From an uncultured Spirochaetota bacterium (GTDB lineage: Bacteria > Spirochaetota > Spirochaetia > SZUA-6 > Fen-1364), in NCBI GenBank assembly GCA_963820525.1, contig CAWGAA010000001.1:1984001-2048000 (forward strand): a stretch of 64,000 bases of DNA, in the 5' to 3' direction. The translations under genes and the position numbers were made by a program. Under the pieces are notes generated by a model, which was not told the origin of the DNA, did not search any database, and saw only the letters and a program-made list of their open reading frames with translations. This document shows positions 26,826-36,761 of this stretch, in pieces (within the stretch, counting starts at the first letter, position 1; each line of letters starts with the position of its first letter).

Positions 26826-29800
26826 ATGTCCAGCAAACCCGAGACAACACGGCCGGCCGTCGGCATCTGTTTGGGCGCTTCCACTCTCTCCATTGTCCGC
26901 GTCGAATCGGAGCGCGGAGAATCTCGAGTGGTTTCGGTCGTGCAGGCCCAGCACGACGGGGATCCGAAGGCCGTATTGGCCGGCGCCCTCGACGAATACG
27001 ATCTGTCAGGCTCCTTCATCGGCGCCACGGGAAGGAAGTTCCGGCGGATCCTGGCCATCCCGTCCATAACGGAGCCGGAAGCCACGGAGCATGCCCTGGC
27101 GTACGTGAACGGGGAGGGAGCGCATTACGACGCCGTCGTGTCGGCCGGCGCGGAGAGCTTCATCGTCTACCAGATGGACCGCAAGGGCAAGGTCTCCCGC
27201 ATCAGCTCGGGCAACAAGTGCGCCTCCGGCACAGGGGAGTTCTTCCTCCAGCAGATCCGGCGGATGAACGTCTCGGTGGGCGAGGCGGTGCGCCTCGCCC
27301 GCACATCCCAGCACCCCCACCAGCTCTCGGGCAGGTGCTCCGTGTTCTGCAAGTCGGACTGCACGCACGCCCTGAACAAGGGCGAGCCGATCGCCGACGT
27401 GGCCGCGGGCCTTGCCCGCATGATTGCCAAGAAGATCGAGGAGCTGCTGGTCAAGGTCAACGCGCGCTCGGTCCTCCTGGTCGGGGGAACCACGCGAAAC
27501 GACGTTGTGGTGGGATACCTGAAGGAACGCTTCCCGAGGGTGGACGTTCCCCGAGAAGCGCCCTACTTCGAAGCCCTCGGCGCGGCTCTCTGGGCGCTTT
27601 CCACGGGGCAGGAGAAAATCCCGGCCAGGGGCGAATACTACAGGGACGCGGGCTCATCCTTCGAGTTCCACGAGCCCATCTCCTCCTACAGCTCCCTGGT
27701 GGATTTCAAGGAGATGCCCTTCGAGGAGCCCCGCCAGGACGACGAGTGCATCCTGGGCATCGACGTGGGCTCCACAACAACCAAGGCGGTTCTGGTGAGG
27801 CTGGCCGACGAGAAGATCCTGAAATCGGTGTACCTGCGCACGAACGGCAACCCCATAAAGGCCTCCCGCGAGTGCTACGGCTCCATAGCCGCGGCGCTCG
27901 GTGAAACGCGGGTGCGCGTGATCGGGCTGGCCGTGACGGGGAGCGGGCGCTACATCGCGGGGCTGCACGCCGGAACCGAGGGGATCATCAACGAGATCAT
28001 CGCCCACGCCCGCGCCGCGGCCCACTTCGATCCCGAGGTGGACACGATCTACGAGATCGGCGGCCAGGACGCCAAATATACGTACCTCACCAACTCCGTG
28101 GCCTCCGATTACGCGATGAACGAGGCATGCTCCGCGGGCACGGGAAGCTTCCTGGAGGAGTCCGCCCAGGAGACGCTGGGCATCCGCATGGAGGAGATCG
28201 CCGACATCGCCCTGCGCGCCAAACGCCCGCCCAACTTCTCGGACCAGTGCGCCGCGTTCATCTCATCGGACATAACCACGGCCTTCCAGGAAGGCATCGG
28301 CAAGGAAGACATCATCGCGGGCCTCGTGTACTCCATCTGCATCAACTATGCAAACCGCGTGCGCGGATCCCGGCATACGGGCGCCAAGGTCTTCATGCAG
28401 GGCGGGGTGTGCTACAACAGGGCGGTTCCCATCGCTATGGCGGGGCTCATCGGCCGGAAGATCGTGGTGCCTCCCCATCCCGGCCTCATGGGCGCCTACG
28501 GCGTGGCCCTCGAAGCGAAGAACATGCTCTCCCTCGGCCTGCTGGAGAGGAAGAGCTTCGACCTCGCCGCCCTTGCCTCACGCGAAGTCTCCTACGGAAA
28601 AAGCTTCGTCTGCCATGGAAAACCCGAGAACTGCGACAGGAAGTGCGAGGTGGCGATGATCGAGGTGGAGGGGAAGAAGTTCCCCTTCGGCGGGGCGTGC
28701 AACAAGTACTACAACAAGGTGAGGCACGTCCACTACGAGGTGGCGGAGCACAACCACGTGGAGACGCGCTTCCAGATGCTCTTCGACAGGTTCGCGGCGC
28801 CGCGCGCCGACCTCCCCGCCGATGCGCCGACCGTCGGGATCAACCGCTCCTTCCACACCCACACGCTGTATCCCCTGTATCATACATTCTTCACGGAGCT
28901 GGGTTTCCGTGTCGTGCTCCCCGACACCCCGCGGCAGAGCGGCATCGACAAGGGGATGACCAGCTACTGCCTCTCCGGCCAGATCGCTCTCGGCATGTTC
29001 GAGGACCTCCTCTCCAAGAAGCCGGACTACCTCTTCGTCCCCCAGATCAAGGAGATGCACGTCTCGGACCAGGACGAGTACAGGATCGAATACCAGACAA
29101 CCTGCATGTTCGTGCAGGGGGAGCCGTGGTACCAGAAGGCCACGTTCCTGCGGGAGCTTCCCGGAGGGCCGAAGCTGATCGCGCCGGTCCTCAACTTCAT
29201 GACAGGCTTTCACGCAGAGGAGCGGCAGTTCATCCAGATCGCGCGCGGGATGGGCGTCGGGACGGCGGAGGCCCGCCGCGCCCACAGCCTGGCGGTGGAG
29301 AGGCAGCACGAGTTCTTCGCCGCAATGAAGGCCGAAGGGCGGAGGATCCTCGCCGAGCTGGAGAAGGACCCTTCCCGCATCGCCGTCGTTCTCTTCGGCA
29401 GGCCGTACAACGCCTTCACCGACGACGCCAACAAGGGTGTGCCGTTCAAGTTCGCCTCCCGCGGGGTGGAGATCATCCCCTACGATTTTCTCAAGCTCGA
29501 GGAGGAGGAGAACTTCCGCGACACCTACTGGGAAATGGGCCAGAAGATCATCAAGGCGGCCCGGATCGTCAAGCGCCATCCCCAGCTCTTCGGCTGCTAC
29601 CTCACCAACTTCCTCTGCGCCCTGGATTCCATGATGGTGCCCCACTTCCGCGACCTGATGCGGACCAAGCCGTCGCTCACCCTGGAGGTGGATTCCCACA
29701 CGGCGGACGCGGGGGTCAACACGCGCATCGAGGCTTTCCTCGACGTGATGCGAAACTACATAAAGATCCGCGACAGCGTGCGGGATCCCGACGAGCCCTT

Positions 29801-31288
29801 CGTCCCGGCGCACACCGAGGTGGACCAGACGGGAAAGGTGCTCTTCGTCGGCTCCGACGGGACGCGCCTCTCCGTCAGGGACCCCCGGGTGCGGGTGATC
29901 GTCCCCTCCATGGGAGACTTGTTCTCCTGCGGAATGGCGGCGGTGCTCCGCGGCCTGGGCTGGCATGCCGAAGCCCTGCCGGTCTGCGACCGGGAGGCCC
30001 TGGACCTGGGCAGGTCCGTGACCACGAGCAAGGAATGCCTTCCCATCATCAACATCCTGGGAGAGATCCTCAAGTACCTGAAGCACAGGAAGGACCCTCG
30101 GAGAGACTCATCATAGGAATGGTTGATGCGGGGGGATGCTGCAGGGTGGGCCAGTACGAGATCCTCATCCGGGCGCTGATCGAGAAGAAAAGGCTCACCG
30201 ACGTCGCCCTGCTCCTCGTTTCCAACGACGACGGCTATGCGGGCCTCGGAATCAGGTTCCGCCTCCAGGCCGTCAAGGCCCTCTACCTCACGGACGTCAT
30301 GGATGACGTTCGCTCGGTGATAAAGGCGCTCGCGGTGGACAGAAAAGCCGGCATGGAGATTTACGAGGAGGAGGTGAAGAAGCTCCTGGGCACCCTCGAC
30401 GGCTCCACCGGCCGCTCCACGTACGGGCAGCTTCGCTCCAGCGTGAAGCTGCTTTCCCGGATCCGGCTTCGGCTGCCCCTGTCCAAGGCGAAGTACATCG
30501 GCGTGGTGGGAGAGATCTTCGTGCGCCGGGACCACTTCTGCCTCATGGGGATTCCCGAGAGGCTGGCCGAGCAGGGATTCGTGATGCTCGACGCTCCCGT
30601 TTCCGAATGGGTCCGCTACACGGATTTCCTCCGGGACATCGGGATGTACACGGCCAAGCACAGCTTCATCGGCTCCATCGAAGCCTTCCTCTCGGACTGG
30701 GTCCAGGCCTACCACGAGCGAAAAGTGAAGAGGCTCCTGGCAAAAACCGGGCTCTACGAGTACGAGCTCATCGACATCAAGGGATACCTGGCCCATTCCA
30801 CGCACTACTTCCCCCTGGAGCTCACCGGGGAGCCGGGGCTTTCCTCGGGCTCGGCCCTGTATCACTTCGTGGACAAGTACTGCGGCACCATCAGCGTCGG
30901 GCCCTTCGGCTGCATGAACTCGCGCATGACGGAGGCCGTTGCCACCGTGGAAATGACCACGGCGGGAAAAGAGAAGGCGGCGGCGAATGCGGGCCGGCGC
31001 GTGGACCTCGGCGAGATACGAACCAACGTCGATATGCTTCCGTTCCTCAACGTCGAGCTCGACGGCAATGTGTTCACCCAGATCGAGGAAGCGCGCTTCG
31101 AGACCTTCCTCCTCCAGGCACGGAGGCTCGGCGAGGAGATGGAGAGGCATCGAAGCGGAAATGGCTCCAACGGCAATAACGGATCGGGGAACAACGGAAA
31201 CGGCGCCGCGCGCTCCGGCAACGGAAATCACGGCCGCCTCGAAAAGGCTCAGCCGTCGTCCCTCCGGGGCAGCGGTCCGAAGAATTGA
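26826..31288 (+). pseudogene. fused 2-hydroxyacyl-CoA dehydratase activase-like protein (two BadF/BcrAD ATPase domains, DUF2229-like, reductase-like; PlsA/Ger architecture), split by a frameshift near 30095
   Basis: KCASGTGEF, RCSVFCKSD, GIDVGSTTTK, TGSGR, EIGGQDAK, MNEACSAGTGSF, CAAF, GGACNKY, GRPY, C.LDS, LE.DSHTADAG..TR.EAF and KECLP lie in frame 26826..30116. GCCRVGQY, GEIFVR, GPFGCM and P.L..E.DG lie in the frame ending at 31288. The break may be a sequencing error. Confidence 0.8.
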
Positions 31289-32502
31289 TGGAAATAGCAG
31301 CGGATATTCCCGTTGTACAGCTTCCTGTTCTTGGTAGCGCGCGCCCCGAGCAGTTTTTCGAATCCGGGATGCGGCGTAAGGGCGAAGAGCGACCAGGTGG
31401 GCAGGGCCGCGAAGAGCCGGCCAAGGCTGCGGTACAGCTCCTCCACCTCCTTGCTTTCCCCCAGACGCTCCGCGTACGGGGGATTGGTGACGATGCAGCC
31501 GTACTGCCCGTCAAGGTGGAGGCCTTCCAGCCGTGCGCGGCGAATCGCTACGGCGCTCTCCACCCCGGCCCGCTTCGCGTTCCTGCCCGCAGCCGCCAAC
31601 ACGCCCTCATCGCGGTCCGAGGCGAGGATCTCCAGCTCCGCACCCGGCAGCCGCATTGACCGTGCCTGCTCGCGGGCGCGCTGCCAGACCTCCTTCGGGA
31701 TATGGGGCCACTGCTCGGCCGCGAAGCTTCTGCCCAGTCCCGGTGCGATATTCAGCCCGATCATCGCCGCCTCGATCGGGATGGTTCCCGATCCGCAGAG
31801 GGGGTCCGAGAACGGCCGCGGTGGTTTCCAGCGGCTCAGGATCACCATTCCCGCGGCCAGGGTCTCCCGAAGCGGCGCCTCTCCCGCCTCGGTCCTGTAT
31901 CCCCGCTTGTGCAGTCCTGAACCGGATGTGTCCAGGGTCACCGAGGCGTTTCCCGCCGCCATTGCAATCTCCACGGGATACAGCGGGCCCGTCTCCTCGA
32001 TCCTTCCGCCCTTTCCCCCGCTCATGACGTCCACGATTGCCTTCTTGCCCACGGACTGGAGGGAAGGCACGCCGATTGTCCCGGCCCGCCGAACCGCGCC
32101 GGAGGCGGGGCGCGCCCTTGCCCCCGACCGTTCCTGACGGGAGCGCGGCGTCGCTGCCGTATGGTCGCGCATTGAGCCCCCGGCCGCGGCTCCTCGCTCC
32201 GCTCGCGAGCGCGCCGTCACGACTACCCGCGCGTCCGGCGGCAGGAAATCCCGCCAGGGAACAGCGCGGACCCCTTCATAGATATCGTCAAGGCTCGCCG
32301 CGGGAAACTCGGCCAGACGTATCAGGAGACGATCGGCGGCGCGCAGCCAAAGGTTCAGCTGCGCGATGTCCTGGTCTCCGCCCTCGAACACAACTCTTCC
32401 ATTTTCCGTGGCCGTTTGGGGGACCCCCAGGGTCGCGAGTTCGCCCGCCACGACAGATTCGAGCCCGAAGGTGGCCGTAGCGGCAAGCGTGTATCTGCCC
32501 AC
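31249..32502 (-). CDS. THUMP-domain RNA methyltransferase (RlmL/YpsC-like)
   Basis: FGLE..VA.EL, NLWLR.ADR, DTSG.GLHKRGYR...EAPLRETLAA, DP.CGSGTIPIEAA, VTNPPY and RKLYNG motifs. Confidence 0.9.
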   Translation of the reverse strand: MGRYTLAATATFGLESVVAGELATLGVPQTATENGRVVFEGGDQDIAQLNLWLRAADRLLIRLAEFPAASLDDIYEGVRAVPWRDFLPPDARVVVTARSRAERGAAAGGSMRDHTAATPRSRQERSGARARPASGAVRRAGTIGVPSLQSVGKKAIVDVMSGGKGGRIEETGPLYPVEIAMAAGNASVTLDTSGSGLHKRGYRTEAGEAPLRETLAAGMVILSRWKPPRPFSDPLCGSGTIPIEAAMIGLNIAPGLGRSFAAEQWPHIPKEVWQRAREQARSMRLPGAELEILASDRDEGVLAAAGRNAKRAGVESAVAIRRARLEGLHLDGQYGCIVTNPPYAERLGESKEVEELYRSLGRLFAALPTWSLFALTPHPGFEKLLGARATKNRKLYNGNIRCYFHQFFGPLPRRDDG

Positions 32503-32554
32503 CGCGCCAATGTAGTATACTCTGCCGCATCATGCACAGAGAGAAGGGAAAGCC

Positions 32555-33472
32555 ATGAAAAAGGCCTGGATCGCGGTCCTCGTTTGCGCGTGCCTCCTGG
32601 CTCTCGGCGGATGCGGCGGACGGCAGCGCGGTGCCATGTCGGCGGCGCCGCTGGCCGAACCGGCCGGCCGCTCGGAGGCCGCACAGAGCAAGGCACAGCC
32701 TCCCGCTCCGGCCGCCGCTATGGAGAAAGGAGGGGCGGAGGCAAGCAGCCTCTCCCTGCCCTCCAGCGCTGCGGCCCAGGCCCGCATGGTCATCAAGACC
32801 GCTTCCCTTTCCCTCCGCGTCAGGAACGTGGGGGCGGCGTTCGCCCGAGCCATCCAGCTCGCCGAGACGGGCGGGGGCTACGTCCAATCAAGCTCCCAAT
32901 CCGCGGAGGGAGGCGATCGTGCGGACCTCACCCTGCGGGTCCCTCCTGAAGGCTTCCTGCCCCTCATCGCCGCCCTGGAATCCCTGGGCACCGAGGAGAG
33001 CAAGAGCATAGGAGGTCAGGACGTTACCGAGGAGTATTACGACCTGGATGCGGAGCTTCAGAACAAGCTCGAAGTGCGCTCACGGCTCTTCCAGCTCTTG
33101 GGCAGGGCCGCGAAGGTTTCCGACGCCGTCCAGGTGGAGGAGCAGCTCGAACGTGTGGGCTCGGACGTCAACAGGATCAAGGGCAGGATGAAGTATCTCC
33201 AGACCATGGTGGGGCTTTCCACCGTGAACCTCAAGCTCTACTCCGAAGCCCGCCCCGCGGCGGTCGAGTTCATCAACTGGAGCCTGATCGGGGGCGGGTT
33301 TGTCACCGCGGCCCGCATCCTGGTGCAGGCGCTCTTCTTCATCCTTCAGGCCCTCGTGGTGCTCGTCCCGCTGGCAGCCATCGGCGGGGGGGCCGCGTGG
33401 GGGATAGTCGGCCTGGTTCGCTGGAGAAAAAAGGCCCGGGGTGCGAGCGCTGCGCGCACCGGCTCAGAATGA
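32555..33472 (+). CDS. DUF4349-domain lipoprotein
   Basis: Lipobox LGGC, RMVIKTA.L.L, GGYV, LT.RVP, DVTEEY.D, a coiled coil and a C-terminal TM helix. Confidence 0.85.
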   Translation: MKKAWIAVLVCACLLALGGCGGRQRGAMSAAPLAEPAGRSEAAQSKAQPPAPAAAMEKGGAEASSLSLPSSAAAQARMVIKTASLSLRVRNVGAAFARAIQLAETGGGYVQSSSQSAEGGDRADLTLRVPPEGFLPLIAALESLGTEESKSIGGQDVTEEYYDLDAELQNKLEVRSRLFQLLGRAAKVSDAVQVEEQLERVGSDVNRIKGRMKYLQTMVGLSTVNLKLYSEARPAAVEFINWSLIGGGFVTAARILVQALFFILQALVVLVPLAAIGGGAAWGIVGLVRWRKKARGASAARTGSE

Positions 33473-34885
33473 ATCCAACGCCTCGGCGCGTGTCAGGTCG
33501 GCCTCGGCTATCCGGACGTCCACCTGTTTGCTTTCAACGCTGAACCGGGCTCGCGCCAGGCCGAGCTCCGCCTCCAGCACCTCCGAGTGTTTTGCCACTC
33601 CGTTTGAGAACTTCTGCTGGACCACCCTGAGGTTCTCTTCAGCCTGCGGAACGGCGCCCAACGTCAACTCCAGATCGCTTCTGGCGCGGTCGAGGGCAAG
33701 CAGGCAGGTCTGGACGTCCAGAATGATCGACCTCTGCTGCTTCTCCGCCTGGAGCCGGGCTTTGCTCGCGTCTTGCTCAGCGGAGCTCATCTGCGCCAGA
33801 GTCGAAGGCAAGCCCCCGACGTCGAAGCTGAGCTGAACGCCGAGCTCCCACGTCCCGGTGAAAACGGCGGAAGGGGGAAAGATGCGCTGGTTGGGGTTGG
33901 CGTAGGTGTAATCTCCCACGACGGCGAGCGTCGGGTACAACCCGGCCGCCGCCGCGGCGGCCGCATGGTCCGCCATCTCGGTGGAGAGAGAGCTTATGCG
34001 CATCTCGGGGCGGCGGGAGAGGGCCTGGGAAACGGCGGAAGCAGCGTCGGCCGGCGCTGCCGGTCCCTCGTTCGCGTCGGGCCGGGAGACGAGCGCGTAG
34101 GGAAGCGCGTTCTCCTGCCCGCCCTGCTGGGTGACGGAGACGATGGCCCGTGCCGCATCCTGCCGGCCGAGCATCGAAGCCAGCACCAGGAACGCCTGGT
34201 TTCGAAAAGATGCGGCGTCGTTCAGCGAAATCTGCGCCTGGGTGCGGCGCTGGTCGGCGGCGAGCTGGTCGGAAGCCATGGCAAGCCCCTGCGTGACGAG
34301 GGCTTTCGTTTCACTGCTCATGGCATTGGCCAGCTCGAGGCCCTTCGCGGCGGTATCCACGGAGGCCGCCGCGCGCACGGCCTCCCAGTATGCGCGGCGC
34401 ACCTCGAAGGCGAGGGCGCGTTTCATGACATCGACGGCGGCCTCCCGGGTGGTGGTCTGGAGATCAGCTATCTTGGCCGCCTCCGTGAGGCGAAAGCCCG
34501 CGAAAACCGGGTACTGCAGCCGCGCCGCGAAGCTGATCGAATCGAGAGGACTTGCGGGGAAGGGAAAGCTGGCCTGGGGCGAGCCCGGGAAAAAGCTGTT
34601 GGCGGGAATATCCAGGCTGACCGCCCCCACGTCGCTCAACCGCGTATAGCCGCCGGAGAGCGTGAGGGAAGGCAGCATCCGCAGGCGCGAGGCAACCGCC
34701 TTCTCGGCCGAGCTGCGTGCGTCCGCGAGAGCGCCCTGGATATCGGAGCTGCCGTCGAGCGCGGCTTGCACGGCCTGCTCCACGGAGAGATCTTGCGCCT
34801 GCGGCCAGGCAGCGGACGCCGCAAGAAAGAGGGCAAGCGCGAGGGCCGCGGTAAAGCGGCCAGGCATCCGGGAATGGCTGCTCAT
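33464..34885 (-). CDS. TolC-family outer membrane efflux protein
   Basis: Signal peptide, LS.EQAV..AL, LP.L.L.G.Y, EV..AY, RPE, YP.L and F..G......VL.AE: two OEP repeats. Confidence 0.88.
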   Translation of the reverse strand: MSSHSRMPGRFTAALALALFLAASAAWPQAQDLSVEQAVQAALDGSSDIQGALADARSSAEKAVASRLRMLPSLTLSGGYTRLSDVGAVSLDIPANSFFPGSPQASFPFPASPLDSISFAARLQYPVFAGFRLTEAAKIADLQTTTREAAVDVMKRALAFEVRRAYWEAVRAAASVDTAAKGLELANAMSSETKALVTQGLAMASDQLAADQRRTQAQISLNDAASFRNQAFLVLASMLGRQDAARAIVSVTQQGGQENALPYALVSRPDANEGPAAPADAASAVSQALSRRPEMRISSLSTEMADHAAAAAAAGLYPTLAVVGDYTYANPNQRIFPPSAVFTGTWELGVQLSFDVGGLPSTLAQMSSAEQDASKARLQAEKQQRSIILDVQTCLLALDRARSDLELTLGAVPQAEENLRVVQQKFSNGVAKHSEVLEAELGLARARFSVESKQVDVRIAEADLTRAEALDSF

Positions 34886-36030
34886 TGCGACACCCCGACC
34901 GTCATGCCGTCGCGCAGTGCGGCGACGTTCGACGTGACCACTCGCTCGCCCGCCGCGATGCCGCCGGTCACCTGGATCTCCGTGGCGTTCTTGAGCCCTA
35001 CCGTGACCGCTCTCCTGCTGACCTTGCCGCCGTCAACCACGTAGAGGAAGCTGCCGGCGTCCGAGGCCAGAACGGCGGAGAGGGGGACGAGGAGCCCCTG
35101 CACAGTGGAAAGCTTCACCTCCGCGGTGGCCGTCATTCCCGCCAAAAGCGTACCGTCGTTCGCCACCTGGACCACCACGGGGAAGTACTGCCCCGTGGAG
35201 GCCGCCACCGGGCCGATCTGGACGATCGTCCCCTTCAGCTTCTTGTCCGGCATGCCGTCCACCCTTATCACTGCCTGGTCGCCGGCCTTGAGCAGCGGCA
35301 CCTCGTCCTGGGACACGTTGCCCTGGAGCCTCAGTACGCGCGTGTCGGCGATAGTCAAAAGCGGCGCGGCCGGGCTCGCCAACTCTCCCGGGTTGATATT
35401 CCGATTGGTGACGATGCCGTCCATGGGGCTGGTGATGGTGGCATTGTCTATCTGCACCTGGATGAGGTTGACCTGGGCCTGCGCCTGGGCGAGACCGGCG
35501 CTGGAGAGAAGCTGGTACTGCCGGTTGGCATTCTCGTAGGCGGTCTTCGCCAGGTCCAGCCTGGTAGAGGCGTCATCAAGCTGGCTCTGGGTGGCCGCCG
35601 CGCTCTTGAAAAGGTCTGTCACCCTGTCGAAGGACTTCTGCGCCATATCGAGGTTCTCTTTCGCCGTATCGATGCCGAGCTTCGCCTGCGCGGCCTGGTC
35701 GCGAACCCCCTGGAGCGCCGCCTCGGCCACGCCGAGCTGGGCGGCAAGCTGGCGGGTATCGATCTCTATGAGCATCTGGCCTGCCTTGACGCGCGAGCCC
35801 ACGTCCACCGCCACGGTCTTTGCCTGGCCGGGAAGCCTGCTGAATATGTTGGCCGTCTTGTTGGGCGCGAGCACCCCGGAGATCTCGATGGCCCGCGCCA
35901 GGGCTCCGCTTCGCACTTCCGCCGTTGCCACCGTCACGCGATCCGCCGCTCGCGCACCGCAGCCGGCCAGGGCCAGGGCGATGGCGAGGACTACCGCATA
36001 TGCGGCGAGCTTTCTTTTCCCGTACATCAT
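34882..36030 (-). CDS. efflux periplasmic adaptor (MFP) lipoprotein
   Basis: Lipobox LAGC, V.VG.RV.AGQ.L, alpha-hairpin, I.SP.DG.V, GM.A and V.VG...G..GE.VV motifs. Confidence 0.88.
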   Translation of the reverse strand: MMYGKRKLAAYAVVLAIALALAGCGARAADRVTVATAEVRSGALARAIEISGVLAPNKTANIFSRLPGQAKTVAVDVGSRVKAGQMLIEIDTRQLAAQLGVAEAALQGVRDQAAQAKLGIDTAKENLDMAQKSFDRVTDLFKSAAATQSQLDDASTRLDLAKTAYENANRQYQLLSSAGLAQAQAQVNLIQVQIDNATITSPMDGIVTNRNINPGELASPAAPLLTIADTRVLRLQGNVSQDEVPLLKAGDQAVIRVDGMPDKKLKGTIVQIGPVAASTGQYFPVVVQVANDGTLLAGMTATAEVKLSTVQGLLVPLSAVLASDAGSFLYVVDGGKVSRRAVTVGLKNATEIQVTGGIAAGERVVTSNVAALRDGMTVGVSQ

Positions 36031-36050
36031 TGCTTTCTCCCGTCAAACCG

Positions 36051-36746
36051 TTATCGGATGTGGATCCGTACCGTTGAGTTCATCCCGATCATGAGCCGGG
36101 CGTCCGAGGCGCCCGGGAGCTGGATCTTTATGGGCACTACCTGAGTGACTTTCGTGTAGTTTCCCGAGTTGTTCTGGGCCGGCAGGAGCGAGAAGGTGGA
36201 CGTCGTGGCGCGCCCGATGCTCTCCACCTTGCCGGCAAAGACACGGTGGGGCGCCGCGTCCACGCGGACGTCCACGGCCTGCCCCACCTTCACGTGCATG
36301 ATGTCGCCTTCCTTGATGTTCGCGCTCACGTAGAGGTGATCCACGTCGCCCACCATGGCGAGAACCACTCCCGGCGATGCCATCTCGCCAACCACGGCAT
36401 TGTTCATGATGATCTGGCCGCTTATCGGCGCCCGTATCAGCGCCTTCTCCGCGATGACGCTGCCCACGGTGCCGATGGTCTGGGGACTCAAGCCGCCGGA
36501 CGTGAGGGACACCCCGAGGTCCTGGCGTCCGAGGACCTGTCCGGCCTGGACCACGTCTCCTTCGGCGGCCTGCCACGATATGATGGCGCCGGGAATCTCG
36601 GGGGTCACGGCCACGACGTCCGCGGCCACGCGGGCATCGTCCGTGGAGACGTAGGAGAGGCCCTGATGCCTGTAGTACAGCGCGATGGCCAGCGTTCCCG
36701 CCAGGATCGCCGCGGCCGATATGATGATGATGGTTCTGCGCGACAC
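36051..36746 (-). CDS. short EmrA/HlyD-family adaptor lacking the alpha-hairpin
   Basis: N-terminal TM helix, STDDA.V, IRAPISG, AN.KE, FSLLP..N.SGNYTKVTQ.VP.KI and GM...V.I motifs. Confidence 0.85.
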   Translation of the reverse strand: MSRRTIIIISAAAILAGTLAIALYYRHQGLSYVSTDDARVAADVVAVTPEIPGAIISWQAAEGDVVQAGQVLGRQDLGVSLTSGGLSPQTIGTVGSVIAEKALIRAPISGQIIMNNAVVGEMASPGVVLAMVGDVDHLYVSANIKEGDIMHVKVGQAVDVRVDAAPHRVFAGKVESIGRATTSTFSLLPAQNNSGNYTKVTQVVPIKIQLPGASDARLMIGMNSTVRIHIR

Positions 36747-36761
36747 GTTTGCGCCTCCTTT

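Noticed and set aside
30085..30116. Programmed ribosomal frameshift in the activase gene
   Set aside because: No X_XXY_YYZ slippery heptamer or evident stimulator at the junction. A simple 1-nt loss explains it.
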